The notes: generated from the letters alone by a model not told the origin. 24,000 bases of DNA from an uncultured Eubacteriales bacterium (GCA_964443825.1 CAYUEV010000003.1:11799-35798); one strand, 5' to 3'. Positions 13,787 through 23,978 are shown, numbered from the stretch's first letter. A program made the numbers and translations.

Positions 13787-13815
13787 ATTATATATTATTA
13801 TTTTCTGTTTGTCAA
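13787..13815 (-). promoter_or_regulatory. Consensus sigma-A promoter of the HAD hydrolase gene
   Basis: The minus strand reads TTGACA (13815-13810), a 17-nt spacer, then TATAAT (13792-13787). It lies about 50 nt upstream of ATG 13738. Confidence 0.7.
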
Positions 13816-13820
13816 TTTAA

Positions 13821-13860
13821 AAAATAATCGCGATCGTTTATTGACCGCGATTTTATTTTA
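13821..13860 (-). terminator. Intrinsic terminator after PEPCK
   Basis: Stem AATCGCG (13826-13832) / CGCGATT (13846-13852), extendable by 3 further pairs. On the minus strand it is followed by ATTATTTTTT. It begins 7 nt after the pck stop. Confidence 0.65.
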
Positions 13861-13866
13861 AAAGGC

Positions 13867-15645
13867 TTATTTAAGATTCTCTTTTAAATCATCAAGCTCT
13901 TTTTTAAGAGTAGACGGGAGTTTTGAGCCAAATTTTCCGTAAAACTCCTCTATTCCCTTAGCCTCTTCGCTCCAAAGCGATTTATCTACGTCCAGAATGC
14001 TTTCGAGCGTCTCGCGGCTTACCTCGTCCTCGATACCCTCAAGGTTAATATCGTCGGCGTAAGGCACGTAGCCTATAGGCGTTTCTTTAGCGTCAACCTC
14101 TCCGTCGCATCTCTTGATTATCCATTCGAGTACGCGCAAATTGTCGCCGAACCCGGGCCACAGGAAGTTCCCGTCGTCGTCTTTTCTAAACCAGTTTACG
14201 TTAAAGAACTTAGGCGCTTTATCGGGGTCAAGTCCCGCTCCGATATCTATCCAGTGCTGCCAGTAGTCGGCCATGTTGTACCCGCAGAACGGCAGCATCG
14301 CCATGGGATCTCTTCTCACCACGCCCACGGCTCCCGCGGCGGCGGCCGTAGTTTCGCTAGCCATGATAGAGCCCACGAATACTCCGTTGTTCCATGATTT
14401 CGACTGATACACAAGGGGAGCTAATTTAGCGCGTCTTCCTCCGAACACAAACGCCGAAATAGGAACTCCTTCGGGGTTTTCAAATTCTTTGCTCAAACAC
14501 GGGCAATTCTTTGTGGGAGCCGTAAATCTTGAATTGGGATGAGCGCCCTTTTCTTCCGACGTTTTCCCGTTCCAGGGATTTCCAAGCCAGTCGAGAGCGT
14601 TTTCAGGCGGGTTTTTGTCAAGCCCTTCCCACCATACCGTCATGTTGTCAAGGTTTAAAGCGACGTTTGTAAAGATCGTCCCCTTCTGGGTTGAAATGAG
14701 CGCGTTCGGATTCGACTTCATATTAGTCCCCGGCGCTACTCCAAAGAAGCCGTTTTCGGGGTTAATGGCGTAAAGTCTCCCGTCTTTTCCTTTTCTGATC
14801 CATGAAATATCGTCGCCCACGCACCACACTTTATATCCTTTATCGCGGTAGACCTTGGGCGGGATGAGCATCGCGAGATTCGTCTTGCCGCAAGCCGACG
14901 GGAAAGCGGCGCAAATATACTTAATCTCGCCTTTCGGATTTTCAATACCTAAAATAAGCATATGCTCGGCCTGCCAGCCCTCTTTCCAGCCTTGATAAGA
15001 GGCGATTCTGAGAGCGAAACACTTTTTGCCTAAAAGCACGTTTCCGCCGTAAGCCGAGTTTACCGATATAATGGCGTTATCCTGCGGGAACTGGCAAATC
15101 CAGCGTTTTTCCGCGTCCACGTCGCATTTGCAGTGAAGACCGCGAACCCAGTCGGAACTGTCTCCTAAGGCGTCAAGTACGGCTTGACCCACTCTCGTCA
15201 TAATCGACATATTGAGAACGACATAAATAGAATCGGTAAGCTCAATTCCTATTTTAGAGAAGGGGGAACCCACGGGACCCATCGAGTACGGGATTACGTA
15301 CATAGTCCTTCCCTTATAACTGTCGCGGGCTATATCGTAAAGCATCTTATAGCAAGCCGAAGGTTCCATCCAGTGGTTGGTGGGCCCCGCCTCTTCCTCG
15401 GTCGGAGTGCAAATCAAGGTTCTGTCCTCGACTCTCGCCACGTCGTTTTTCTTCGTCCTGTGAAGGTAGCAGTCCGGGAGAAGCTCTTCGTTTAATTTTA
15501 TCATTTCGCCCGTCGATACGGCTTCCGCTTTAAGCTTATTTAACTGATCTTCCGAGCCGTCTATCCACAAAACATTGTCGGGTTTCACAAGAGCAATTTT
15601 ATCGTTTACCCATTCGAGAACAGATTTATTGGTAGTAAGTTCCAT
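13867..15645 (-). CDS. pckG: Phosphoenolpyruvate carboxykinase (GTP)
   Basis: 592 aa. It carries the GTP-PEPCK kinase-1a loop FPSACGKTN, and the length and overall pattern (WMEPS.., GDDISWI, NPNA) match. AAAGGAG SD. Confidence 0.9.
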   Translation of the reverse strand: MELTTNKSVLEWVNDKIALVKPDNVLWIDGSEDQLNKLKAEAVSTGEMIKLNEELLPDCYLHRTKKNDVARVEDRTLICTPTEEEAGPTNHWMEPSACYKMLYDIARDSYKGRTMYVIPYSMGPVGSPFSKIGIELTDSIYVVLNMSIMTRVGQAVLDALGDSSDWVRGLHCKCDVDAEKRWICQFPQDNAIISVNSAYGGNVLLGKKCFALRIASYQGWKEGWQAEHMLILGIENPKGEIKYICAAFPSACGKTNLAMLIPPKVYRDKGYKVWCVGDDISWIRKGKDGRLYAINPENGFFGVAPGTNMKSNPNALISTQKGTIFTNVALNLDNMTVWWEGLDKNPPENALDWLGNPWNGKTSEEKGAHPNSRFTAPTKNCPCLSKEFENPEGVPISAFVFGGRRAKLAPLVYQSKSWNNGVFVGSIMASETTAAAAGAVGVVRRDPMAMLPFCGYNMADYWQHWIDIGAGLDPDKAPKFFNVNWFRKDDDGNFLWPGFGDNLRVLEWIIKRCDGEVDAKETPIGYVPYADDINLEGIEDEVSRETLESILDVDKSLWSEEAKGIEEFYGKFGSKLPSTLKKELDDLKENLK

Positions 15646-15762
15646 ATGTTAACTCCTTTTGGTAATATTGATGAAATTCGGCATATAATTTTATATACCT
15701 TACACATATAGATTTTGACGCGCTCTTAACGCTAAAAATTTATCAAAATCAAATCCATTATA

Positions 15763-16782
15763 TCACAAATTATAATTTTTGTCAATACCCATAGTGGCGA
15801 AAGCGTTAAGATTCCACTTTGCCGTAAACCCCGCCTTATACTCGTAATACCCCTGAGCGCCCACCATCGCGGCGTTGTCCCCGCAAAGACCAGGTTCGGG
15901 CATATATAATTCCAAATTCCTGTTTTTGCAAATTTCGCTAAGTTCTCTTCTTAACGCGGAATTGCCCGAAACTCCTCCCGCTATAACGATTTTTTTTGAT
16001 TTGGTTAAGTCCGCCGCAAGCAGGAGGTTTTCAATAAGACAGTTCACCACGGCGTATATAAACGACGCGCCCAAATCCTCTTTATTTATTTCGATTCCCT
16101 TTTGACGGGCGTTATTTATTGTGTTTATCACGTGAGTTTTAAGCCCCGAAAAACTAAAGTCGAGGGGGCTGCCGTCTACTTTAGGCCGCGGAAATTTAAA
16201 AGCGTTCTTATTCCCGTTTTTTGATATTTTATCAAGGTTTAATCCTCCGGGGTAGGGGAGTCCCAAAGCCCTCGCCGCCTTATCGAGGCATTCTCCCGCC
16301 GCGTCGTCGCGCGTCTTTCCTAAAATTTCAAAATCCGTATATCCTTTTACTTTTACTATATGGCTGTGTCCGCCCGACGCCACCAAAGCTAAAAACGGCG
16401 GCTCTAAATCCTTATGCGATATGTAATTTGCCGCTATATGCGATCTTAAATGGTGAACGGGTATTAGCGGTTTATTTAACGAGAAGGCGAGCCCTTTAGC
16501 GAAATTTACCCCCACTAATAAAGCGCCTATCAGCCCCGGGGCGTAAGTTACCGCTACGGCGTCTATGTCAAAATAAGAAAGTCCCGCGTCCGAAAGCGAT
16601 TTTCTCACCACTCCCGTTATGTTTTCAATATGCCTTCTGGAGGCTATTTCCGGCACTACCCCGCCGTAAAGCTTATGTTCCTCCACCTGCGACGCGATTA
16701 CGTTTGAAAGAACTTTTCTCCCGTCTTCCACCGCGGCGGCGGCGGTTTCGTCGCACGACGACTCTATAGCTAAAATTTTCAA
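15763..16782 (-). CDS. tsaD: tRNA N6-adenosine threonylcarbamoyltransferase
   Basis: 339 aa. MKILAIESSCDETAAA, SGGHSH and GDNAAMV are Kae1/Gcp/TsaD hallmarks. TTG start with an AGAGG SD. Confidence 0.9.
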   Translation of the reverse strand: MKILAIESSCDETAAAAVEDGRKVLSNVIASQVEEHKLYGGVVPEIASRRHIENITGVVRKSLSDAGLSYFDIDAVAVTYAPGLIGALLVGVNFAKGLAFSLNKPLIPVHHLRSHIAANYISHKDLEPPFLALVASGGHSHIVKVKGYTDFEILGKTRDDAAGECLDKAARALGLPYPGGLNLDKISKNGNKNAFKFPRPKVDGSPLDFSFSGLKTHVINTINNARQKGIEINKEDLGASFIYAVVNCLIENLLLAADLTKSKKIVIAGGVSGNSALRRELSEICKNRNLELYMPEPGLCGDNAAMVGAQGYYEYKAGFTAKWNLNAFATMGIDKNYNL

Positions 16783-16804
16783 GATTCCGCCTCTTTACGA
16801 TGTT

Positions 16805-17659
16805 TTAATTTATATATTTTGTCATAATAAGAGCGTCTTCCTTCGGGTTATCGTAATAATCTTTTCTCTCGCCCAGAACTTTAAACCCGAACTTTTTATA
16901 AAGATTTATGGCGGGCGCGTTGTTTACTCTTACTTCCAACGTTATTAGATCGCATTTTAAATCTTCGGATTTTTTAATTATATCCTCCAAAAGCCGGGAG
17001 GCGAGCCCTTTTCTTCTGAAGTTTTCATCTACCGCTAAAGACCCGATATTCATTTCTCCCGATATATTTTCGCCAGATATAAACCCCGCGGTCTTCCCTA
17101 AATACTTAATAACCGTATTAAAAGAATAACTTTTCTCCAGTTCCCTTTTAAATATATTTTCGCTCCAGGGGTTTTTGTTGGAGTTTTTTTCAATTTCGCG
17201 CGCGTCTTTTAGGTCGTTTTCAGTCATCTTTTCAAGAGAATAAAAAACGTCCGAGTTTAAAGCGTCAATTAAAGCTTTTTCTATTTCCCCCAAACACGTT
17301 CTATAGCCGTCTTCGTCTTTTAAAAAAGGGTCTTCTATGCCATCTCCCAAAAGATACAATTTATTTTTGCAAACGGGAAAAAGAGCGTAATAATGGTCTA
17401 ACGACATAGCTACGATCTTATTGGCTTTATCTATATCGTTATTACTTAAATCTTGAGCTTTATGCCCCTTTATATCGATTCCTTTTTCCTTTAACACGAT
17501 TACCGCGTTATCGGACGGGGGAGCGCCCGGTATACATGAAAGACCGCGGCTTTCAATGTTAAGATAATCTTTATAATCTTCGGTAAGGCTTTTAAAAACG
17601 CCTTCCGCCATAGGACTTCTGCAAGTGTTCCCCGTGCAGACAAAAATTACGTTATACAT
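16805..17659 (-). CDS. Fusion protein: YwlE-like low-molecular-weight phosphatase (N) + RimI-type ribosomal-protein-alanine N-acetyltransferase (C)
   Basis: A single uninterrupted 284-aa ORF. Residues 1 to about 140 have the P-loop VCTGNTCRSPMAEG and the DPF acid loop. Residues from about 141 to 284 form a GNAT domain (..WSENIFKREL.., VDENFRRKGLASRLL, TLEVRVNNAPAINLYKKFGF, DYYDNPKEDALIM) typical of RimI. Confidence 0.85.
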   Translation of the reverse strand: MYNVIFVCTGNTCRSPMAEGVFKSLTEDYKDYLNIESRGLSCIPGAPPSDNAVIVLKEKGIDIKGHKAQDLSNNDIDKANKIVAMSLDHYYALFPVCKNKLYLLGDGIEDPFLKDEDGYRTCLGEIEKALIDALNSDVFYSLEKMTENDLKDAREIEKNSNKNPWSENIFKRELEKSYSFNTVIKYLGKTAGFISGENISGEMNIGSLAVDENFRRKGLASRLLEDIIKKSEDLKCDLITLEVRVNNAPAINLYKKFGFKVLGERKDYYDNPKEDALIMTKYIN

Positions 17660-17666
17660 ATTATTT

Positions 17667-20207
17667 TTATTTAGCGTCGTACCATGATTTGCCCGCGTTT
17701 ATCTCAACGGACGTTTTGACTTTTAGGTTTGACGCGTTCTCCATCTCTTCCTTTAAAATTTCGAGAGCTTTTTCTTTTTCATCGGACGGCGACTCCAAAA
17801 TCAGTTCGTCGTGAACCTGCATAATAAGCTTCGATTTCATATTTTCACTTTTAAGCCTGTTAAAGACCTTTACCATAGCTATCTTAATTATATCGGCGGC
17901 CGTCCCCTGAATGGGCATATTTCTCGCCACTCTTTCGCCGAATGAGCGTTCTCTGGCGCTCCCTGATTTCAGTTCCGGCAAGTACCTTCTTCTTCCCAAA
18001 AGCGTCGAGACATAGCCCTTTTCCTTAGCGCTCTCAACAATATCTTCCATATACCTTCTAACGCCGTCGTAATGTTTTAAGTAGCTGTCGATATAATTTT
18101 TAGCCTCGTAAACGGGAACGTCAATATCTTTAGCCAAAGAATACGCCCCTATTCCGTAGACTATTCCGAAATTAACGGCTTTAGCCCTAGTTCTCATTAA
18201 GGGCGTCACCATTGAAAGCGGCATATTAAAAACTTGAGAGGCGGTCACAAGGTGTATGTCTACGTTATCCTTAAAAGCGTTTATCATGTTTTCGTCGCCC
18301 GATATGGACGCCAAAACCCTAAGTTCTATTTGCGAGTAGTCCGCGTCAATCAGCACGTTTCCCTCTTCCGCAATAAAAAACTTCCTTATTTCCTTTCCTA
18401 TATCCTGTCTTACCGGGATATTCTGAAGGTTAGGTTCCGTCGACGAAAGTCTTCCCGTTCTCGTTTCAGTCTGGCGAAAAGTCGAGTGGATCCTCCCGTC
18501 GGGCGAGATACTTTCCAACATCGCGTCGCAGTATGTCGATTTAAGTTTTTCAAGCGTCCTGTATTCTAAAATAAGCGGGATAACGGGGTGAAGACCGTTT
18601 AATTTTTCCAGCGTCTCCGCGTTTGTCGAGTACCCTCGCTTAGTCTTTTTCTTAACGGGAAGGCCGAGTTTTTCAAACAGAACTTCCCCTAACTGTTTAG
18701 GGGAGTTTATATTAAACTCCTCTCCCGTTAAAGAGTAAATTTCACTCTCTATATTTTTAATGCGGTCGCCTAAAACTTCCCCGTAAGACGCTATCGAATC
18801 CCTGTCCGCCTTAAATCCCGCGTTTTCCATATCGGAAAGCGTTTCGGAAAGCGGGATTTCAACGTTATATAAAAGTTCACCTAAGTCGTTTTTAATTATG
18901 TCGTCTTCCATTTTTTTGGAAAGACTTCTGAATACGGCGATTTTTTTAATATTTGTATCGGGATTTTCAATCTCTCTTGCAATCCCGTAAACTCCGGAAA
19001 GATTTTCAACGGAGTAGTCTTTTAAATTGGAATTTAACAAATATCCCGCCAAAGTCGCGTCGAACGCGATATTTTTAATTTCAACGTTATTTTTAATTCC
19101 GTAAAGGTACAAAGCTTTACAGTTTTCGGTATATTTTTTAATACTTTCGTCCCCTAAAAACGGGATTATAGAATTAAACGCGACTTTACATACGACTTTG
19201 TCAAAATTTAGATAAGCGTTTGAAAATTCCTCGTCATAAATAAAATACAGTTCACTGCTTTCGTTCACCGATTTTTCGATTTTCGAAAAGGGGAGTTCTC
19301 TAAACTCGATTTCCGTTTCGTTTTTACTTTCCGCGGCGGGCGTTTTAACGTTGCCAAGCGATAATTTTTCTATAAATTTATTCATTTCTAAGGACTCTAA
19401 TATTTCCTTAGTTCGCCCCGCGTCAATTTCTTTGGGAATATACTCTTTATAGTCCGTTTCAATCGGCGCGTCCTTGGCGATTATCCCTAAAGTCCTCGAT
19501 AAAAACGCGTTTTCCTTGTCGCTTTTAAGTTTTATTTTAACGTTATTCGCGATTTTAAGATCGTCTATATTTTCATAAATATAATCGATGGAGCCGTAAT
19601 TTTTAATAAGTTCCGTCGCCGTTTTTTCGCCTATTCCCTTTACTCCCGGTATATTATCGGAGCTGTCGCCCATTAAAGCCTTAACTTCGGTTAAAAGTTC
19701 GGGAGACACGCCCTTATCCTCTATAACTTTTTTAACGTCATATGTCGTATGATTTCCTTTTCCGGTCGTCAAAAGAACGGTGCAATTTTTGTTTACAAGC
19801 TGCAAAGCGTCCCTGTCGCCCGTCGCTATGTAACAATGCGAGTCTTTCGGGCAGTTATAAGAAAGCGTGCCCATTAAGTCGTCCGCTTCCCATCCCGCCG
19901 ATTCGAGGAGCTTATACCCTAAAGACGATAAAAGCTCCTTTAAAACGGGTAATTGCGAGGCTAATTCCTCCGGCGTCCCTCTTCTTCCCGCTTTATACTT
20001 ATCGTATATCTTATGTCTGAAAGTCGGCTCTTTTCTGTCAAAGCAAATCGCCGCGGCGTCGGGCTCAATTTGTTCTTTAAGAGAAAACAGGATATTGAGA
20101 AAGCCGTAAATCGCGTTCGTGAATTTCCCGTCTTTAGTAGTAAGAACCTTTATCCCGTAAAACGCCCTGTTTACTATGCTGTTCCCGTCTATTACAAGAA
20201 GTTTCAT
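17667..20207 (-). CDS. polA: DNA polymerase I
   Basis: 846 aa. N-terminal 5'-3' exonuclease (LVIDGNSIVNRAFY, GDSSDNIPGVKGIGEKTA) and family-A polymerase motifs A DYSQIELRVLA, B RTRAKAVNFGIVYG and C QVHDEL. Confidence 0.95.
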   Translation of the reverse strand: MKLLVIDGNSIVNRAFYGIKVLTTKDGKFTNAIYGFLNILFSLKEQIEPDAAAICFDRKEPTFRHKIYDKYKAGRRGTPEELASQLPVLKELLSSLGYKLLESAGWEADDLMGTLSYNCPKDSHCYIATGDRDALQLVNKNCTVLLTTGKGNHTTYDVKKVIEDKGVSPELLTEVKALMGDSSDNIPGVKGIGEKTATELIKNYGSIDYIYENIDDLKIANNVKIKLKSDKENAFLSRTLGIIAKDAPIETDYKEYIPKEIDAGRTKEILESLEMNKFIEKLSLGNVKTPAAESKNETEIEFRELPFSKIEKSVNESSELYFIYDEEFSNAYLNFDKVVCKVAFNSIIPFLGDESIKKYTENCKALYLYGIKNNVEIKNIAFDATLAGYLLNSNLKDYSVENLSGVYGIAREIENPDTNIKKIAVFRSLSKKMEDDIIKNDLGELLYNVEIPLSETLSDMENAGFKADRDSIASYGEVLGDRIKNIESEIYSLTGEEFNINSPKQLGEVLFEKLGLPVKKKTKRGYSTNAETLEKLNGLHPVIPLILEYRTLEKLKSTYCDAMLESISPDGRIHSTFRQTETRTGRLSSTEPNLQNIPVRQDIGKEIRKFFIAEEGNVLIDADYSQIELRVLASISGDENMINAFKDNVDIHLVTASQVFNMPLSMVTPLMRTRAKAVNFGIVYGIGAYSLAKDIDVPVYEAKNYIDSYLKHYDGVRRYMEDIVESAKEKGYVSTLLGRRRYLPELKSGSARERSFGERVARNMPIQGTAADIIKIAMVKVFNRLKSENMKSKLIMQVHDELILESPSDEKEKALEILKEEMENASNLKVKTSVEINAGKSWYDAK

Positions 20208-20225
20208 AGCCGCTCCTTTAACCTT

Positions 20226-20267
20226 AAAAATACAAATCCCCAGAGCAAATTATCAGTCAGGGATTTT
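20226..20267 (-). terminator. Possible intrinsic terminator after trkH
   Basis: On the minus strand, AAATCCC / GGGATTT form a 7-bp stem with a roughly 19-nt loop, followed by GTATTTTT. It sits just upstream of the polA SD. Confidence 0.45.
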
Positions 20268-20296
20268 GTAACTTAAATATTTTAAATAAAATTTAA

Positions 20297-21739
20297 CTAA
20301 TTTTTAGCCCACGCCGATCTTGAAAACACGAACAGCACCGGGTAAATTTCCAGCCTTCCTAAGAGCATAGCGACAGACAGCGCGATTTTAGATAAAACCC
20401 CGTATCCCTCGTAACTCTCCGCGGGTCCTACCGCCCCGAATCCCGGTCCTACGTTGTTAAAGCACGCGGCGGCGGCCGATAAATTCGTCTCTAAATCATA
20501 AGGTTCAAAACTTAAAATAAGCAGCAGAACCGCGAAACAAACGGCGTAAATCGCGAGATACGTCCTCACGCTGTCAAGCACCGTTTTTTCGACTTTTTTG
20601 CCCTCGAAACGGACGCTTGCGACCGAGCGCGGGTGAAGCATATGTTTTATTTCGCGCCTTATCGCTTTAATTAAGAGGACTACTCTTGAAATTTTAATGC
20701 CTCCCGCGGTAGATCCGGCGCACGCCCCCGTGAACATAAGTAATAGCAGAACCGTTTTGGAAAACGTCGGCCATAAGTTAAAATCAGCCGTGGCGTACCC
20801 CGTGGTCGTTATGATCGAAGCCACCTGGAAGAACGCCGCTCTTAAGCTCTCACCGGCCGACGGGTAAAGGCGGTTTATATTGACGGCGACCGAAAAGCCC
20901 GAAGCGAGTGCCAATATGATGTAGCACCAAAATTCCTCGCTCCTGAACGCCTCTTTAAATCTTCCCACTATAATCAAATAGTAAAGATTAAAGTTTATTC
21001 CGAACAGCAGCATAAATATCGTTATAACCCACTGAAGATACGGGCTGTAACTCGCTATACTGTCCGACTTTATCCCGAAACCGCCCGTACCGGCGGTGCC
21101 GAAAGTGTGAACCACGCTGTCAAAAAGCGGCATCCCGCCTAAAAGCAAAAATATTATTTCAATTACGGTCATTACGATGTAAATTAAGTATAGTATTTTT
21201 GCGGTGTCCCTCGCTTTCGGCACGAGCTTTCCCACGATAGGTCCCGGCATTTCGGCTCTTAATATGTGAATCGAGCGATCGGTAACGGATGGGATTATCG
21301 CCATAATAAACACTATAACGCCCATGCCGCCTATCCAGTGCGTAAAGCTCCTCCAAAAAAGAAGCCCTCGGCTCATGCTCTCGACGTCGGTAAGAATAGA
21401 AGCTCCCGTCGTAGTAAAACCGCTGACAGTCTCAAAAAACGCGTCTATGTAAGATGGAATTTCCCGCGATATGGTAAACGGCAAAGCCCCGATCGCCGAT
21501 AGCACAATCCACGCGAGCGCCACCGTCACAAAGCCCTCTTTAGCGTAAATTACTCTGTTTTTAGGTTTGGCGGCAAGAGAAAGCGCTATCCCCAAAGCGA
21601 GCGATATTCCGATAGTTATTAAAAAAGCCCAAAAGCAGTCTTCCCTGTATATAACCGATACGATAAGCGGCGCCGCCATTAGCCCCGACGCGGCTAAAAG
21701 CAAATGCGACAGCATATAGAATACCATTCTTCGGTTCAT
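20297..21739 (-). CDS. trkH: TrkH/KtrB-family potassium uptake membrane subunit
   Basis: 480-aa polytopic membrane protein with four pore-loop glycine motifs (SGFTTTGAS, TAGTGGFG, TTTGYAT, GSTAGGIK). Confidence 0.9.
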   Translation of the reverse strand: MNRRMVFYMLSHLLLAASGLMAAPLIVSVIYREDCFWAFLITIGISLALGIALSLAAKPKNRVIYAKEGFVTVALAWIVLSAIGALPFTISREIPSYIDAFFETVSGFTTTGASILTDVESMSRGLLFWRSFTHWIGGMGVIVFIMAIIPSVTDRSIHILRAEMPGPIVGKLVPKARDTAKILYLIYIVMTVIEIIFLLLGGMPLFDSVVHTFGTAGTGGFGIKSDSIASYSPYLQWVITIFMLLFGINFNLYYLIIVGRFKEAFRSEEFWCYIILALASGFSVAVNINRLYPSAGESLRAAFFQVASIITTTGYATADFNLWPTFSKTVLLLLMFTGACAGSTAGGIKISRVVLLIKAIRREIKHMLHPRSVASVRFEGKKVEKTVLDSVRTYLAIYAVCFAVLLLILSFEPYDLETNLSAAAACFNNVGPGFGAVGPAESYEGYGVLSKIALSVAMLLGRLEIYPVLFVFSRSAWAKN

Positions 21740-21791
21740 TTTGTTTTCCCTTTTTAGTAATTTATGAAGTTTTAAACGGCGCTGATAAACA

Positions 21792-23150
21792 TTATCCGAC
21801 TATCTGCCCCAAATCCCTTAGCCGTTGTTCTTTCGCGATGACTATTACTTTATCTCCCGGCTGTATAGTGTCGTCGCCTCCGGGGATTATGGTTTTTCTC
21901 CCTCTTACGATACCCGCTATAAGCGTGTCGCGTTTCGTCGGGAGGTCTTTAAGCGGAACGTCCGTAATTTTCGACGAGTTTTTAACGTTAAACTCAAGCG
22001 CCTCCGCTTTTCCGTCCATTATTTTATAAAGCGTCTCCACGTTGTACCCTTCAGAGTTTTCAAGGGCTCTCGCGTATCTTACAAGTATGTCGGACGTTAT
22101 ATTTTTAGGCGACACTATAGAGTCCACCCCAAGTCTTTCGGCAAGCCCCAAAAGCTCTTCCTTGTTTATTTTCGCAATTACCTTATGAACCTTGTTTTCC
22201 AAGGCGTAAATTGAAATAAGTATATTCTCTTCGTCCATGCCGGTAAGCGACACGAAAGCGTCCAAAGACCTTAACCCCTCTTCAAGCAAAAGCTCCTGCC
22301 TCGCCCCGTCGCCGTGAATAATAGTGGCTTTCGGCAAAGCGTCCGAAAGAGCCCTGCATCTCGTTTCGTCTTTTTCTATTATTTTTACCGAGGCTCCGGC
22401 GCTTAAAAGCATTTTAGCGAGATAGAAAGCCGTTTTGCTCCCGCCGAAAATCATGATGTTTTTAGACTGTTTAGAGTATTTCCCAATGCTCTTTAAGAGT
22501 TTTTGCAAATCGGAGCGGGAGGCGGTAAGGCCGATTTTGTCCCCGCCCTTTAATTCGAAGCTTCCGTCCGGGATAAATATCTCTTCTCCTCTTTGCACTA
22601 CGCAAACGAGCGTTTTAGCTTTGTAGCGGTCGTTTAATTCGCTCAATTTCATTCCCGAAAGAGGACTGTCCTCTCTTAAGCGCATTTCCACCATATCGAG
22701 ATTGCGCTTGGAAAAACTCTCGATTTTCACGGCCGACGGCAGCTTAAGCATATTAAAAAGCTCCCTCGCCGCTAAAAGTTCGGGGTTTACCGACATCGAT
22801 AGATTTAACTGCTGGCGCATAAACCCTAAACTTCTGTCGTTGTATTCGGGGTTTCTTATTCTCGCTATAGTGTTCTTGGCGCCCATTTTTTTCGCGATAA
22901 AACAACTGAGCATATTGAGTTCGTCGGAGCCCGTGAAAGCGGCGAAAATATCCGCCTTGTCAATATCGGTCTCTTCAAGCGTTTCGCAGTCGGCGCAGTT
23001 GCCGCAAATCGCCATAACGTCGTAAATATTCGTAATCTCGTCAATAACCGAGCTGTCGGAGTCAAGAGCGATCACGTCGTGACCTTCGGACGAAAGCGCT
23101 TTTAAAACGCACGACCCGATTTTTCCGCAGCCGGCAATAATAATTCGCAT
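21792..23150 (-). CDS. trkA: Trk system potassium uptake protein TrkA (tandem RCK/NAD-binding)
   Basis: 452 aa. Two Rossmann RCK_N units (MRIIIAGCGKIGS; IMIFGGSKTAFYLA), each followed by an RCK_C-like segment. It lies directly upstream of trkH. Confidence 0.9.
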   Translation of the reverse strand: MRIIIAGCGKIGSCVLKALSSEGHDVIALDSDSSVIDEITNIYDVMAICGNCADCETLEETDIDKADIFAAFTGSDELNMLSCFIAKKMGAKNTIARIRNPEYNDRSLGFMRQQLNLSMSVNPELLAARELFNMLKLPSAVKIESFSKRNLDMVEMRLREDSPLSGMKLSELNDRYKAKTLVCVVQRGEEIFIPDGSFELKGGDKIGLTASRSDLQKLLKSIGKYSKQSKNIMIFGGSKTAFYLAKMLLSAGASVKIIEKDETRCRALSDALPKATIIHGDGARQELLLEEGLRSLDAFVSLTGMDEENILISIYALENKVHKVIAKINKEELLGLAERLGVDSIVSPKNITSDILVRYARALENSEGYNVETLYKIMDGKAEALEFNVKNSSKITDVPLKDLPTKRDTLIAGIVRGRKTIIPGGDDTIQPGDKVIVIAKEQRLRDLGQIVG

Positions 23151-23183
23151 ATTTAAAACTCCAAAAGGAAATTAAATCCAAAT

Positions 23184-23978
23184 TCAGTTTAACAGCATTC
23201 TGTCGTTGTCGAATTCGTTTCCGTTAGCTTTTTTAAATAAATCAAGCAAATCGCTTACTTTTAAATTCTTTTTTTCGTCGCCCCCGACGTCATATATAAT
23301 TTCGCCGTTATTCATCATAATAAGCCTGTTTCCGAGCCTTATGGCGTCGTTCATATTGTGAGTTATCATAATCGTCGTGATCTTCCCGTCCGACACAAGC
23401 TCTTCGGTAAGATTTAACACTTTCGCGGCGGTGGCGGGGTCCAAAGCCGCCGTATGCTCGTCTAAAAGTAGAAGTTTAGGTTTTTTTAAAGTCGCCATAA
23501 GCAGCGTCACGGCTTGCCTTTGACCGCCCGAGAGAAGACCCACTTTGCTTGTAAGGCGGTCTTCAAGCCCTAAATCGAGTTTTTTTAAAAGCGTTTTAAA
23601 GCGCTCCTTTTCTTTTTTCGTAACTCCCTGTTTTAAAGTTCTCCTTTTCCCTCTTCTCGCCGCTATAGCCAGGTTTTCGGCGATTTCCATATCCGCGGCG
23701 GTTCCCGTCATCGGATCCTGGAAAACTCTTCCAAGGTATCCCGCCCTTTTGTATTCGGGCAGTTTCGTAACGTCCTCGCCGTCGATTATTATAGTCCCTC
23801 TGTCTACGGGGTACACTCCCGTAATCATATTAAGAAGCGTTGATTTGCCCGCCCCGTTTCCGCCTATCACGGTTACAAAGTCGCCGTCCTCTAAAGTTAA
23901 ATTTATCCCTTTGAGCGCGACTTTCTCATTTATGGTGCCGGGATTAAAAGTCTTATAAACGTCTGTTATCTTAAGCAT
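23184..23978 (-). CDS. ABC transporter ATP-binding protein (substrate unknown)
   Basis: 264 aa with Walker A GGNGAGKST, signature LSGGQRQ, Walker B LLLLDEHTAALD and H-loop ITHN. Confidence 0.9.
   Translation of the reverse strand: MLKITDVYKTFNPGTINEKVALKGINLTLEDGDFVTVIGGNGAGKSTLLNMITGVYPVDRGTIIIDGEDVTKLPEYKRAGYLGRVFQDPMTGTAADMEIAENLAIAARRGKRRTLKQGVTKKEKERFKTLLKKLDLGLEDRLTSKVGLLSGGQRQAVTLLMATLKKPKLLLLDEHTAALDPATAAKVLNLTEELVSDGKITTIMITHNMNDAIRLGNRLIMMNNGEIIYDVGGDEKKNLKVSDLLDLFKKANGNEFDNDRMLLN

Noticed and set aside
21825-22214. Long antisense ORFs within trkA, and similar ones within polA, pck, tsaD and the ABC ATPase gene
   Set aside because: Each lies wholly inside and antisense to, or out of frame with, a confidently identified gene. 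Their products are low-complexity (Arg/Ser/Phe-rich). They are typical shadow ORFs.
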